A stretch of 64,000 nt of DNA from Planctomycetota bacterium (GCA_965248575.1 CBDFJQ010000002.1:4704001-4768000), one strand, 5' to 3'; positions 10,331-20,611 are shown, counted from the stretch's first letter. Numbers and translations: made by a program. The notes: generated from the sequence alone by a model not told the origin.

Positions 10331-11263
10331 CTAGACTTCTCGCCTCACCGGCAACTGGCCGTACAGCTCGAAATACTCGTACCCGTGCGCGAAGGGTCGC
10401 CCGATGAAGGCCTCGAAGCTCGGTTGGTCGTCAGGCACGTAGCCGCTCGTGGGTAACCAGGTGCTGTAGTACCAGTCCAAGGCTCGGAGCTCGAGGTCCA
10501 CGCCACCCTTGATCTCGATCTCTGCGACGCGCATGGCTGGGAACTGAAACACGCTCACCTCGCCGTCCGGTTGCAGGTCGACATCGCTGACCACCACGGC
10601 CATGTCGTAGCGGCAGTCCTCGACTGCGACGACCTCGGGGTCGTCCCACATGTAGCCAAGCCACTGTCCGTCAGCGAGACCGCGCTGCTCGGCCCACTGC
10701 TCCAGCCGCTGGCCTGCGTCGACGACGCCCGTCCCGCGGTAGGGGTCCAGCACGCGGATGTAGGCCACCGTGCGCTCAGGAAGATTCCGCAACTCGACCT
10801 CGAAGCCGTCAGGGTTCTCGCCCGCAGGCAGGCGTTCCAGGTGGAGGCGATCGTCCACCTCATGCACGGTCGCCTCGACACCCGCGCGGCGCTGCTCACG
10901 CCAGGATGCGAGGTCGAAACGACTCGGAGGGACGTCGTAGCGTTGCTTGAAGCTGCGCGAGAAATCGGATGAGGACGCGAAGCCGCAGGCCAGGGCAATC
11001 TCAGTCAGCGAGCGTTTCGGTGAACGGGCCATGAGCGACAGCGCACGTTCGAGTCGCAGCCGCTTCACGAACTGGGCCAAGGTCTCTCCCATCAGCGCCT
11101 GGAAGATGCGGTGGAAGTGGAAGGGCGAGAAGCCTGCGACCCGGCTCAGCTCCTCGAGTCGCAGCGGTTGGTCGAGGTTCGTGACGATGGAGTCGATGGC
11201 GCGGTTCACCCGGTCGACGTAGAGAGTCGTGGGTGCAGATGCGTTCTTCTGTGAGCTTCGCAA
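10331..11263 (-). CDS. AraC-family transcriptional regulator with GyrI-like effector domain
   Basis: FSPFHFHRIF, IALACGFASSSDFSRSFK; C-terminal DDPEV..CRYD..WLPTSGY. Confidence 0.93.
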   Translation of the reverse strand: MRSSQKNASAPTTLYVDRVNRAIDSIVTNLDQPLRLEELSRVAGFSPFHFHRIFQALMGETLAQFVKRLRLERALSLMARSPKRSLTEIALACGFASSSDFSRSFKQRYDVPPSRFDLASWREQRRAGVEATVHEVDDRLHLERLPAGENPDGFEVELRNLPERTVAYIRVLDPYRGTGVVDAGQRLEQWAEQRGLADGQWLGYMWDDPEVVAVEDCRYDMAVVVSDVDLQPDGEVSVFQFPAMRVAEIEIKGGVDLELRALDWYYSTWLPTSGYVPDDQPSFEAFIGRPFAHGYEYFELYGQLPVRREV

Positions 11264-11402
11264 GATCTGGCAAGCGCTCCAGGCCCGGGGCTGAGATCCT
11301 GGTCAACCCGTCGAGAGCTGCCGCCGTGCAGGCTCGCTCAAAACCAGGCCATCACCAGGTCCTTAACAGGTCGTCACAAGGACAACTCCCAGGATATCCG
11401 CC

Positions 11403-11897
11403 ATGAAGCCCTTCGCAACGATCGCTACTGCCGTCGCTCTCGCCGCCGCCTTCACGCTGGCAGCAAGACCCTTTGCGCCCGCCTCAAGCTCTACATCGGA
11501 CCTTGAACCCATGCCGCTGGGCGCCTTCTCCGTCAGCCTCACCGTCAAGGACCTTGCGGCTTCCAAGGCCTTCTACGAAAAGCTCGGCTTCGTGGTACGT
11601 GGTGGTGTCCAGGAGCAGAACTGGCTCATCCTGCGGAACGGCACCACCACCATCGGCCTGTTCCAGGGCATGTTCGAGATGAACATCATGACCTTCAACC
11701 CGGGTTGGGACGGCGAGGCGAAACAGATCAAGGAGTACCAGGATGTGCGCGAGATCCAGACGCTGCTCAAGGCGCGCGGCGTGGCGCTGACGACCGAGGC
11801 GAACGTCGACAGCACCGGTCCGGCGAGCCTGACGCTGGTCGATCCGGATGGCAACATGATCCTCGTGGACCAGCACGTGCCAAGCCCTGAGCGCTGA
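11403..11897 (+). CDS. VOC/glyoxalase family protein with N-terminal signal-like extension
   Basis: LGAFSVSLTVKDLAASKAFYEKLGF...DPDGN..DQH; divergent from the AraC gene. Confidence 0.88.
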   Translation: MKPFATIATAVALAAAFTLAARPFAPASSSTSDLEPMPLGAFSVSLTVKDLAASKAFYEKLGFVVRGGVQEQNWLILRNGTTTIGLFQGMFEMNIMTFNPGWDGEAKQIKEYQDVREIQTLLKARGVALTTEANVDSTGPASLTLVDPDGNMILVDQHVPSPER

Positions 11898-11926
11898 GCG
11901 GCGAGACGGGCACAAGCAAGGGCACG

Positions 11927-13090
11927 TCACTTGAGGATGGTCGACTTCGATCCTAGGCGTTCGACGAGCGTCAGCACGCAGGCATGCCCGGCCGAGAAGG
12001 CGGCCAGGGCGATCAGGTACAGGGAGAGGAACAGCAAGACGGAGAGGTTTCGTGCAGACGTCTCGCCTTCCATCCATTGCAAGAAATAGGCGCCTTCGTT
12101 GGCGAGGCAGGCTTGCACGGGCGGGAGGTCGTCTCGCTTGGCTCGCAAGTCCATCTTCTTGCGCGTCTTGGGCGAGAGCCAGTCGAGCGGAGGGACGAAG
12201 ACGAGGGCGAAGAAACCTTCGCCCTGACGCTCGAGGTGCAGTGGCCCCTCGACCTGGGTGAGTTGATCCTCGCCGATGGGCTCCCCGGGCTCCAGGCTGA
12301 GCAAGACCTCCACGGTGCTCCGCTCCGGAACCCACGCCACAGCGACCGTTCGATAGTGATGCAGGGCTCCGCCAAAGGCGACGAGAGCCAGGGTGTAGAG
12401 CAGCAGGGCCCGGTTCAGAGGATGGCCGGGGCGCTTGCGGCAGCGTGCCCGCATGACCACGTAGACGGCGAGCGCTTGCAGCGTTCCGAGCAACAGGATC
12501 GCCCCCTTCCAGTTGCTGCGGAGAAGGGGTTTGCCTCCGTGCTCTCCGAGCAGCATGTGCGACGCCAGCAACGTCAGCAGGAGGGCACTGAGCATCTCCA
12601 GCGCGAGGCGCCACGCGGGTGGGGGCGGGGCTGGCAACAGGACACCGCCCTGCTCGGCCAGGGCGTTGCGGACGATGCTCGACAGGTCGATGGCGTCGGG
12701 CTTGCGGAAGAGATCGATCCAGTGGATGCCAGCCAGGAAGTAGGCCAGGCTGCCGTCCGGCTTGACGTCCTCGAGTCGCACGGGGATGACTCGCAGGCCG
12801 TGCTCCGCGGCCAAGTGCAACTCCCGGCGCACATGCACCGATTTGTCCGCTGCAGAGGAGTACAGCAGCACGAGCACTTGCGAGCGCTGGATTGCATCAG
12901 TGATCTCGGCGGCCCAATCGGTGCCGCCTTCGATGCTGCGCGGAGCGAACCAGCAGCGCAGGCCCGAGGACGTGAGAGCCTCGCAGACCTCGCGTGCCCT
13001 GGCCTCATCGGGGGTGGAATAGCTGACAAAGACCTCGGCCCTGTCATCAGAGCCACCCTCCGGTCGAGCTGTGGTGTCGAGGGTGGTCAT
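11927..13090 (-). CDS. TIR-domain protein with about 4 transmembrane helices
   Basis: VFVSYS, CWFAPRSIEGGTDWAAEITDAI, SVHVRRE (conserved Glu), IPVRLE, WID; hydrophobic C-terminal segments. Confidence 0.88.
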   Translation of the reverse strand: MTTLDTTARPEGGSDDRAEVFVSYSTPDEARAREVCEALTSSGLRCWFAPRSIEGGTDWAAEITDAIQRSQVLVLLYSSAADKSVHVRRELHLAAEHGLRVIPVRLEDVKPDGSLAYFLAGIHWIDLFRKPDAIDLSSIVRNALAEQGGVLLPAPPPPAWRLALEMLSALLLTLLASHMLLGEHGGKPLLRSNWKGAILLLGTLQALAVYVVMRARCRKRPGHPLNRALLLYTLALVAFGGALHHYRTVAVAWVPERSTVEVLLSLEPGEPIGEDQLTQVEGPLHLERQGEGFFALVFVPPLDWLSPKTRKKMDLRAKRDDLPPVQACLANEGAYFLQWMEGETSARNLSVLLFLSLYLIALAAFSAGHACVLTLVERLGSKSTILK

Positions 13091-13103
13091 CGCTCGCGGT
13101 CGA

Positions 13104-13613
13104 TCAGCTGACGTCCAGCACGACCTGCTTTCCGCGCTTCTTGATGGCGTCGAACTCGATGAACCTCAGCTTGCCCCCGCACTCCGCGACGAAGATGTGT
13201 CGGCGGGCTGGGAGCGTCACGATCACGGGCGTCGTGCCGCTCTTCACCCGGTACTTGACGAGCGAGGTGAGTAGCCGGCTCTGGAGTTCCGCTGCCTGGC
13301 GCTCATCGGTCTTGGAGAGGATCTCCAACCGGTTGAAGGGCTCGTCGCCACCCAGTGCGTCCCATGCGTCGAGGTCGAGCACGTAGGCCGTGGCGGGCTG
13401 CGGCGTGGCTCCGGGCAGGGCCTGTTGCTGCTGGAATGTGGTCAGCTCCACATCGCAGGTCCCTTGCCCGTAGCGCACATTCTGACAGCCGGGCGCCGTC
13501 AGCAAGAGCGAGAGCGCCAGCATCAGCAGGGGGCGAGGAATCCGGTGTCGCGCGTTGCGGTGTTGTGGTGACGACTGGCTCAACGGTTTGACTCCCGGAG
13601 TTTCGAGCGGCAT
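13104..13613 (-). CDS. Putative lipoprotein upstream of the TIR gene
   Basis: LLMLALSLLLTAPGC lipobox-like; SGTTPVIVTL resembles a PEGA-type strand; 13 bp from the TIR start. Confidence 0.6.
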   Translation of the reverse strand: MPLETPGVKPLSQSSPQHRNARHRIPRPLLMLALSLLLTAPGCQNVRYGQGTCDVELTTFQQQQALPGATPQPATAYVLDLDAWDALGGDEPFNRLEILSKTDERQAAELQSRLLTSLVKYRVKSGTTPVIVTLPARRHIFVAECGGKLRFIEFDAIKKRGKQVVLDVS

Positions 13614-13848
13614 GACTTCAGTCAGCGATGCGTTTCCTGCTGCGGATTGACAGGCAAGCGTTCTCAGCGTGCGTTCCCCCTTGCCCTCATGGACACGCGA
13701 CGGATCTTAGACTGCAGCTGTGCATTCGACCAGCAGATCCCTCGGGTTCGCTTGCCGGGTCGGGACGTGCCCTCATGATCCGCCTCGCCTGCCTGAGTCT
13801 CCTGATCGCACGGCGCCTGGCCCCCGCGAGCTTGCTATCCTCCCCGCG

Positions 13849-14121
13849 ATGATTCGTGAACGCCGCTTTCAGTGCCCTTGCTGTGACTACTACACGCTCG
13901 CTGCCCGCGGGCGACACACCGTCTGCCCCGTGTGCTTCTGGGAGGACGACGGCAGTGACCTCGACGACATCGACGGCGTGTCGTCGGCGAACCACATCCC
14001 GCTCAGGCTGGGGCGTGCGAACTTCGCCCGCCTGGGCGCCGCCGACGAGGCCGCCATGTCCCTGGTGGCACCGCGCGAGCAGCTGCCCAGCCTGCGCCGG
14101 GAGCTGAGAGCCCCGGGCTAA
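13849..14121 (+). CDS. Cysteine-rich CPCC family protein
   Basis: FQCPCCDYYTL...VCPVCFWEDDG...ANHIPL..GRANF. Confidence 0.9.
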   Translation: MIRERRFQCPCCDYYTLAARGRHTVCPVCFWEDDGSDLDDIDGVSSANHIPLRLGRANFARLGAADEAAMSLVAPREQLPSLRRELRAPG

Positions 14122-15191
14122 AGCAGTTTGCGCGCCAGCTGCTGCGCCAGGTGCGACGGATCTGCCGAGCCACAGTTGCTGAGCACCACGACCGAGAGCT
14201 GCTGCTTTGGAAAGCGGATCATCTCGGCCCGGAAGCCGACCCAACCGCCTGAGTGCGAGATGGTGGCCTTGCCCAGGTATTCGCCGTGGCCGAGACCGAA
14301 GGCGTAGGGCAGTTTGGTGCCGTCCTCCAGCTCGCCTTGCGTGAGCACGAGTTCGATCAGTTCCTGTCCGCCGGCCAGCTGGTTGTCAGAGAAGTTGGCG
14401 TCCCACTTCGCCAGGTCGAGCACGGTGGTGAAGACGCCGCCGTCCCCGACGTGGTCCCAGGTCGTGTTGTCTTTGCGCCAGGTCCCGATGTCGTCAGCGT
14501 CGCGCGAGTATCCGTCGGCCCGGCCTGGGACCAGCTCATCGTGCCGGTCGTGGTAGTGGGTGCTGTCCATGCCCAGCGGCTGAAAGATGCTCGCGTGCGC
14601 GAACTCCCGCAGCGTCTTGCCGGTCACGCGTTGGACGATCTGGGACATCAGGAAGTAATTGCTGTTGCTGTAGGCGAACTGGGTGCCGGGCTCGAAGTTG
14701 AGCTCGGTCACATCCGTGAGGCGCGCGTAGGTGATGCTCGGCGTGACGTGGTCCTTGATGCCGACGCCCTCCATCATGTGCAGCCCGGGGTAGTCCGGCA
14801 GGCCACTCGTGTGGTGGACCAAGTGGCGAATCGTCACCTGGGTGTCGAGCTCGGGCAGCTCTGGCAGGTGCTTCCGGATGTCGTCGTCGAGGTCCAACTC
14901 GCCCTGCAGGTGGAGCATGGCGATGCACATGGCCGTGAACTGTTTCGACGTGGAGCCGATGCGGTAGATCGTCTCGGGCGTGTTGGGAACGCCGTGCTCC
15001 AGGTTGGCCATTCCGAAGCCGTTGGCGTGAATCACACGGCCGCGGTGGATGACGGCGACGGCCATGCCCGGCATGTCGTCCCGGGCGTAGTCCAGGAAGA
15101 CGGCGTCCAGTTGCTCCGCCACCGAGGGGCCTGCGGTGTCCTGAACACCCAGGCTGGCGACCAAGGCGATCCCGAGCAGTCCGCTCCACAT
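14118..15191 (-). CDS. Secreted serine hydrolase, beta-lactamase class C/PBP-like family
   Basis: GSTSKQF (SxxK), YSN, HSGGW; signal peptide. Confidence 0.93.
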   Translation of the reverse strand: MWSGLLGIALVASLGVQDTAGPSVAEQLDAVFLDYARDDMPGMAVAVIHRGRVIHANGFGMANLEHGVPNTPETIYRIGSTSKQFTAMCIAMLHLQGELDLDDDIRKHLPELPELDTQVTIRHLVHHTSGLPDYPGLHMMEGVGIKDHVTPSITYARLTDVTELNFEPGTQFAYSNSNYFLMSQIVQRVTGKTLREFAHASIFQPLGMDSTHYHDRHDELVPGRADGYSRDADDIGTWRKDNTTWDHVGDGGVFTTVLDLAKWDANFSDNQLAGGQELIELVLTQGELEDGTKLPYAFGLGHGEYLGKATISHSGGWVGFRAEMIRFPKQQLSVVVLSNCGSADPSHLAQQLARKLL

Positions 15192-15316
15192 GTGTTCTCT
15201 CCTGATGCTGGGTGATGTGCCGCTATGGGCAGGGGTGCATCAGGGTAGCTATCAAAGAGGGTGGAGCTGTGGCCTTACCAGGGCCTTCGGCGCTCGTGGT
15301 CCGACAGTTCCGAGAC

Positions 15317-16276
15317 CTACCGGTCTTGCACGAATGGGTGGCGCTCGGCGTAAGTCGAGAGGAAGTGCGTCACGAGTTGATGTTGCTCCGCCTGGGTCGC
15401 CGAGGCGTTCTTGCGCAGGTCACTGAGTCCCTTCGCGAAGCTCCGCAACACGTCGTCGTCCCGACGGTCAGCGAGCCGACGCATCGCCTGGAATCGGCCG
15501 CTGCTTTGCGACGCGCCGGTGTAGGCCCAGAGCTTCTCTACGAGGATCCTGTCCAAGCGCGGGTCCTCGACCTTCGCGAGCACTCCAAGGAAGCGGCCCC
15601 AGCGGTAGTCGCCAGAGGAATCCGCCTGCAGGGCATCCAGAAGTCGGCCCACCTGGCCCGCATCGAGCGCCTCGATGCGCAACGGATGCTCGCCCAACAT
15701 CCGCACGAACTCGGGCTTGCGCCACAGATCGATCAGCCCTTCGTAGCGCGTGGCGGGGTGCGCCATCACTTCCGTGATCCACTCGTTCAATCCGGCCTGC
15801 CGTGCAGGGGACTTTGAACCCTCTTCAAGTGCCAGGAGCTCGCGGATGCGCGTGACGTAGACCGCCAGGTCAGCCGGCGCCAGCGACTTGGATCCATAGC
15901 TCAGCGCAACGGTCCGATAGACCCCGGTCAGGTCGTCCTCATCCTGACTCAGGAACGCGAGCACCGTCTCGCCCACGGGATAGTGTGCAGGTGAGGGGCA
16001 GAGCATTCCCGAGGCGAACACCACGGAGATTGCGTCGTCGTGACTTGCGGGACCCTTGAGTGAGCGAAGGACCCGCAGCTCGGCTACGTCGGTGCCCCAG
16101 AACTGCTGATCGGGCTCGGGGATCCGCCGGGTCTGCTCCACCTCGGCCACCACGACCAGTTGCGCCGATCGGACCAACGTACGCAGGCCGACGGGGTCGA
16201 TGGGATATCGAGCAGGTGCTGCAGGGGCGACCGCCGACGGGCACAGCCCCAGCACGAGCGCAAGCGAGATCAACAT
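15317..16276 (-). CDS. Secreted hypothetical protein
   Basis: Signal peptide MLISLALVLGLCPSAVA; beta-rich N-terminal part then helical repeats. Confidence 0.65.
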   Translation of the reverse strand: MLISLALVLGLCPSAVAPAAPARYPIDPVGLRTLVRSAQLVVVAEVEQTRRIPEPDQQFWGTDVAELRVLRSLKGPASHDDAISVVFASGMLCPSPAHYPVGETVLAFLSQDEDDLTGVYRTVALSYGSKSLAPADLAVYVTRIRELLALEEGSKSPARQAGLNEWITEVMAHPATRYEGLIDLWRKPEFVRMLGEHPLRIEALDAGQVGRLLDALQADSSGDYRWGRFLGVLAKVEDPRLDRILVEKLWAYTGASQSSGRFQAMRRLADRRDDDVLRSFAKGLSDLRKNASATQAEQHQLVTHFLSTYAERHPFVQDR

Positions 16277-16446
16277 GGCAGGGATCCGTGTGAGGCAACG
16301 GGCGGGTATGCGAGATCTACGCACGAGGACGGCGCCTGTTAGGGCGGCCTTCGTGATGCTGGCGGAGCCTTGAGTCGAGGGAAGAGCTCCACCCCTGGCC
16401 CGATCGATCTGCTGGAAGGGCCCCGGGGGTGTCACTCTTCCGTTGC

Positions 16447-16857
16447 TCAGGAGGGGGGCTTGACGGTGACGGTCTTGTCCGTGGAAGCCGCCTTGCCGTT
16501 CGCGAGTTCGTAGATGCACGTCACTCGAACCTGGTCGCCGGCCTTCGTGTCGGGCAGGCTGTCCGAGAAGGACCCTGTCGAACGGCCGCTCAGCACGTGG
16601 CTGTTGGAGGTCAGCCCGCCAGTGGTCAGGTTGGTGTAGATCACGATGACCGAGCTGACGCCTTGTCCTGCTGTGTAGGTCGTCGTGGCGGTGCTGCTGG
16701 GGCCACCGACAACCATGGCTCCGCCACCGGCGTCCTCACGCACTGATGTCGAGTCGGCTAGGGGCAGGGCCGAGCCGCTGGGTAGCTGGGCTGCTAGCGT
16801 GGGAACGAGCGTCAACGACACGAACAGCATCAGGCTGATGAAACCGAACGTCTTCAT
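16447..16857 (-). CDS. Small secreted Ser/Thr-rich beta protein
   Basis: AGAGG RBS; signal peptide MKTFGFISLMLFVSLTLVPTLAA. Confidence 0.7.
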   Translation of the reverse strand: MKTFGFISLMLFVSLTLVPTLAAQLPSGSALPLADSTSVREDAGGGAMVVGGPSSTATTTYTAGQGVSSVIVIYTNLTTGGLTSNSHVLSGRSTGSFSDSLPDTKAGDQVRVTCIYELANGKAASTDKTVTVKPPS

Positions 16858-17064
16858 GAAGAATCCTCTTCGGGGATGATCGCGTTTCGCACGGATGGAC
16901 GACTGTGCGTGCCCCACTAGACGGAACGGGTCGCGCTGGCGGGCGGCGGTCGTCATGGAATGACAAACGGGTGTCTCCAACGACAACTTGTAGGACTTGA
17001 CGCATGATCGTGGCCACACCATCGCGTTGACCACGATTCACTGAACCCATCTGGGGGACCACGC

Positions 17065-18081
17065 ATGCAGCCGCGCCCTTGCTCGCTCGCCCGCTTTGTC
17101 CTGTCCGTGTTTCTTGTCGTTCATGCCAGCACGGCATTTGCACAGCTTCCCGACACGATGCAGGCCGTGCGTCTCCACGCCCACGGGCCAACGAACAAGG
17201 GGCTCCAGTTCGAACAGGCTCCGATTCCAATGCCCAGTGAAGGTCAGCTGCGCATCGAAGTCCACGCGGCATCCGTCATTCCTGGCGACTGGAAGCTGCG
17301 CAACGGAGTCTTCGGTGACGTCACCGCGAGCATGCCCTTCGTCTTGGGGTACGACGTTTCAGGGGTGGTCGAATCCGTGGGCGAGGGAGTCAAGTCCTTC
17401 AAGCCGGGTGATGCAGTCTTCGCCTATCTGCCCAATGCTGGCACCTTCGCCGAGTACGCCGTAGGGCCTGAGGGTGTGTTCGCGCACAAGCCTGAGAACA
17501 TCACCCACCTCCAGGCTGCGAGCGTTCCGGTCTCCGGGCTTGCCGCCTGGGAAGCGCTCACCAACGTCGCTGAGCTGAAAGAGGGGCAGACCGTCCTCAT
17601 CCAGGCGGGCGCTGGAGGGGTGGGGCACTTCGCCATCCAGATTGCCAAGGCGCTCGGAGCCACCGTCTATACGACGGCCTCGCTGCGAAACCACGACTTC
17701 CTCAAGGGGCTCGGTGCCGACGTCGTCATCGACTACCACACCCAGAAGTTCGAAGATGTCGTGAAGGATGTCGATGTCGTGATCGAGATGATCGGCGGGG
17801 ATGTGTTGGACCGTTCTTACGGCGTCGTCAAGCCTGGCGGCATCATCGTCACCATGAATCAGCAAGTGGATCAGGCCCGGCTCGACGAGCTGGGAATCCG
17901 CGGCCGCTTCAACCGCACGCCCACCAACACCAAGATCCTCACGGAGCTCGCGGAGCTCATGAAGGACGGGCGTGTGATTCCTCATGTCTCGAAGGTCTTT
18001 CCGCTCTCGGAAACCGTGAAGGCGTTGGAGCTCAACGAGCAGGGGCACACTCGGGGCAAGCTTGCCATCAAGGTGCGCTGA
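17065..18081 (+). CDS. NADP-dependent oxidoreductase (MDR/quinone reductase-like) with signal-like N-terminus
   Basis: LGYDVSGVV, GQTVLIQAGAGGVGHFAIQIAK, GHTRGKLAI. Confidence 0.92.
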   Translation: MQPRPCSLARFVLSVFLVVHASTAFAQLPDTMQAVRLHAHGPTNKGLQFEQAPIPMPSEGQLRIEVHAASVIPGDWKLRNGVFGDVTASMPFVLGYDVSGVVESVGEGVKSFKPGDAVFAYLPNAGTFAEYAVGPEGVFAHKPENITHLQAASVPVSGLAAWEALTNVAELKEGQTVLIQAGAGGVGHFAIQIAKALGATVYTTASLRNHDFLKGLGADVVIDYHTQKFEDVVKDVDVVIEMIGGDVLDRSYGVVKPGGIIVTMNQQVDQARLDELGIRGRFNRTPTNTKILTELAELMKDGRVIPHVSKVFPLSETVKALELNEQGHTRGKLAIKVR

Positions 18082-18325
18082 GCGAGTCTCCCTCTCTGCA
18101 GTCACGTCACCAGGGGCTGTGTGTGCACTGACTGAGGGGCCCGGAGAGCTTGCACGGGCCCTGCGATGTGCACCCGTCAGGTACCTGCGAGCTGGTACGT
18201 CTGGTGCCCGGCCCCGAACCCTTCCCGTGTGATGCGTCCGCGGGAGTGGCCGAGGATCCGCAGAGTTGCCCTGAGCAGACCGACAGCGGCGGGGAGCGTG
18301 TCCACACACGATGCAGGAGGAAACC

Positions 18326-18628
18326 ATGAGCAAGCAGATCTCGAAGCACGACATCACGGCTCGGGTCGTGATGGTCGAAGCTGCGCCCCCCATGCGGTCC
18401 CGTACCGTGTTCGCCATCGCCCTCGTGGTCCTGCTTGTTTCGCTGCTTGCGGGAAACCTCTCCGCACAGACCCCTGTCGCGCCAGGCAACCTTGAGATCG
18501 TGAACTCCGGCCCGGTTTCGCTCCGGGATGGCTCGGTGATCCTTCGTCGTCAGGAGTCTGCGGACGGCAAGGACTTGAACGACGACGGCGATGCCCTGGA
18601 TGCGGTGCTGCACGCGGTGAAGCTCTAA
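18326..18628 (+). CDS. Small exported protein with a DLNDDGD Ca-binding-like motif
   Basis: GGAGG RBS; hydrophobic segment; C-terminal DGKDLNDDGDALDAVLH. Confidence 0.6.
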   Translation: MSKQISKHDITARVVMVEAAPPMRSRTVFAIALVVLLVSLLAGNLSAQTPVAPGNLEIVNSGPVSLRDGSVILRRQESADGKDLNDDGDALDAVLHAVKL

Positions 18629-18822
18629 GGTCCGCGCTCGCAGGCTGCCTCCTGAGCGGCTCGTGGCTTCCCTGGTGATTCCGTGAGGATCTGCCGAGTC
18701 CCTTGCCGGCTCTCAGCTGTCCACTGACGCCAAAACGCAACCTGCTTTAGAGTGTGCGCTGGCGACCGGGCAAGGAGCCAACGGGAAGCCGTGCACCTAG
18801 GGATCCACCAGGAGTGACATCT

Positions 18823-20517
18823 GTGTCTATCTCGACCACGACCGCAAGCCTGCGTGCCGCGCAGCAGCCTTCCACCCGACGTTCTGCGACTCGCCTCGCA
18901 GTACTGCTCGGAGCCTTGGGCACCTTCACCTTGGCGAGTCCGCAGGCACATGCGTTCACCTCAGACCCGAATGCCATCATCCCAGCCATCGTGGAGGGGG
19001 ACGTGGTGGCCGGCGTCGGTGCCGTCACGAGCATCGGTAACCTTGCTGTGAACAGCAGCGGCGCCTTCCTGGTGGAGGTTGACACGGACAACGTCGACAC
19101 CAACGCCGACGGTGCGCTGGTGAATGCTGGGGGACTGGTCTTGGCCGAGGGTGGCCTGGTGGGCCTGCCGCTGGCCGCCACTCTCGACAGCTTCGATGGC
19201 GTCACGCTCAACGACAATGGTTCTGGTGGCTTCAACCATTTCCTCGACAACACCGTGGGCAGCAACGACGACTCTGGCGTGTACCTGAACGGGACGCTCT
19301 TGATCCAAGAGGGTGACACTTCCGGTGCTGCCGGCTTCAGCGCGGGCACGACCTATCGCGGCTTCCTGGACGTGAAGATCAACAGCTCCGACGACGTGCT
19401 GGTCATGGCCAGCGTGGACGACCCGGCCATCTCGAGCACTGTCGACCGGGCCCTGGTGATTGCCTCCACGGCGGGCGGCTTGCTGAGCGCTGAGACGGTC
19501 CTCGTCAAGGAGGGCGACATCCTGGCGGGGCAGTCCGAGGCCGTGGCCGACATCGAGTTTGGTCCGCACAACTTCGCCTTCAACGACTCTGGACAGGCGC
19601 TCTTCATCGCAGACCTCACCGGGCCCACCGCGATCGACCACGCCCTCTATCTCGACGGGACATTGTTGGCGCAGGAAGGCTCGCCGTCGCCGGTCGCCGG
19701 GCGCGAATGGAGCATTCTCAGTTCGGCGGAGGTCGACCTGAACAACAACGGCGACTGGGTCGTGAATGGGAACCTCGGCGGGGGCGGTCTCGCCACCTTG
19801 CTGATCGCCGTCAACGGCGCCAAGCACGTGCAGTCCCAGGACTCCCTGCCCGCCATCGCACCCTTCGTGCTCACCAGCTTCGGCTCGGGCCCCGTCCACC
19901 TGGCGGACAACGGTTCGACGCTGTGGTACGGCGACTGGAACGACTCGGACACGACCCGGGACACGGGGCTCTTCCTGAACCACCAGCTGATCGTGCAAGA
20001 GGGCGTCACCGCGGTGGACGGTTCAGTCGTGCAGACCCTGCGCGGTATCCAGGACGGTTACGACCTCTCGGACGACGGCAACTGGGTGGCCTTCGAGGCT
20101 GTGTTGGCCGACGGGCGTGAAGGAGCCTTCCTGATGGAAGTGGCTCCCTGGACCAATCTCGGCAAGGGTCTTGCGGGGACGGGCGGGGTCACGCCGTGCC
20201 TTGAGGGCGTGGGCAGCATGGCCGTCTTGAGCGCCAACTCCCTTGAGTTCAGCGACGCGGCAACCAGCGCGTTCAGCGCCGTCATCGTGGGTGTCTCCGA
20301 AGTCAGCATCCCCTTCTACTTGGGCACGCTCGTGCCGTCCCCGGACGTCATCCGCTTCTTCTTCACGAACGGCAGCGGCGAACTCTCCTTGCCCTTCGTC
20401 GTTCCGGCCACGGTGCCCCCTGGGACCGAGCTCTTCGTGCAGGGTTGGGTCGAGGACGCGGGCGCCCCCGGCGGCTTCTCCGCCAGCAATGGGCTCAGGA
20501 CGGTGATCACTCCCTAG
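18823..20517 (+). CDS. Secreted repeat (propeller-like) protein with shared C-terminal domain
   Basis: AGGAG RBS, GTG start; repeats xNxxGxxxF...LxxEG; shared domain from ~20146. Confidence 0.85.
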   Translation: MSISTTTASLRAAQQPSTRRSATRLAVLLGALGTFTLASPQAHAFTSDPNAIIPAIVEGDVVAGVGAVTSIGNLAVNSSGAFLVEVDTDNVDTNADGALVNAGGLVLAEGGLVGLPLAATLDSFDGVTLNDNGSGGFNHFLDNTVGSNDDSGVYLNGTLLIQEGDTSGAAGFSAGTTYRGFLDVKINSSDDVLVMASVDDPAISSTVDRALVIASTAGGLLSAETVLVKEGDILAGQSEAVADIEFGPHNFAFNDSGQALFIADLTGPTAIDHALYLDGTLLAQEGSPSPVAGREWSILSSAEVDLNNNGDWVVNGNLGGGGLATLLIAVNGAKHVQSQDSLPAIAPFVLTSFGSGPVHLADNGSTLWYGDWNDSDTTRDTGLFLNHQLIVQEGVTAVDGSVVQTLRGIQDGYDLSDDGNWVAFEAVLADGREGAFLMEVAPWTNLGKGLAGTGGVTPCLEGVGSMAVLSANSLEFSDAATSAFSAVIVGVSEVSIPFYLGTLVPSPDVIRFFFTNGSGELSLPFVVPATVPPGTELFVQGWVEDAGAPGGFSASNGLRTVITP

Positions 20518-20611
20518 GGGAGTGTGGACCATCTGATCGGATTTGAAGGCGGGCCCGTTGCGTTATCATGCGCGCCTGATCGACTGACTCCTTCCCGGTG
20601 TGGGGTTCCCT

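Noticed and set aside
20146..20517. Assigning the shared tail to PEP-CTERM, LPxTG, T9SS CTD or autotransporter
   Set aside because: No TM plus basic tail, no PEP/LPxTG/YPNP motif, too short for a barrel and no terminal aromatic residue.
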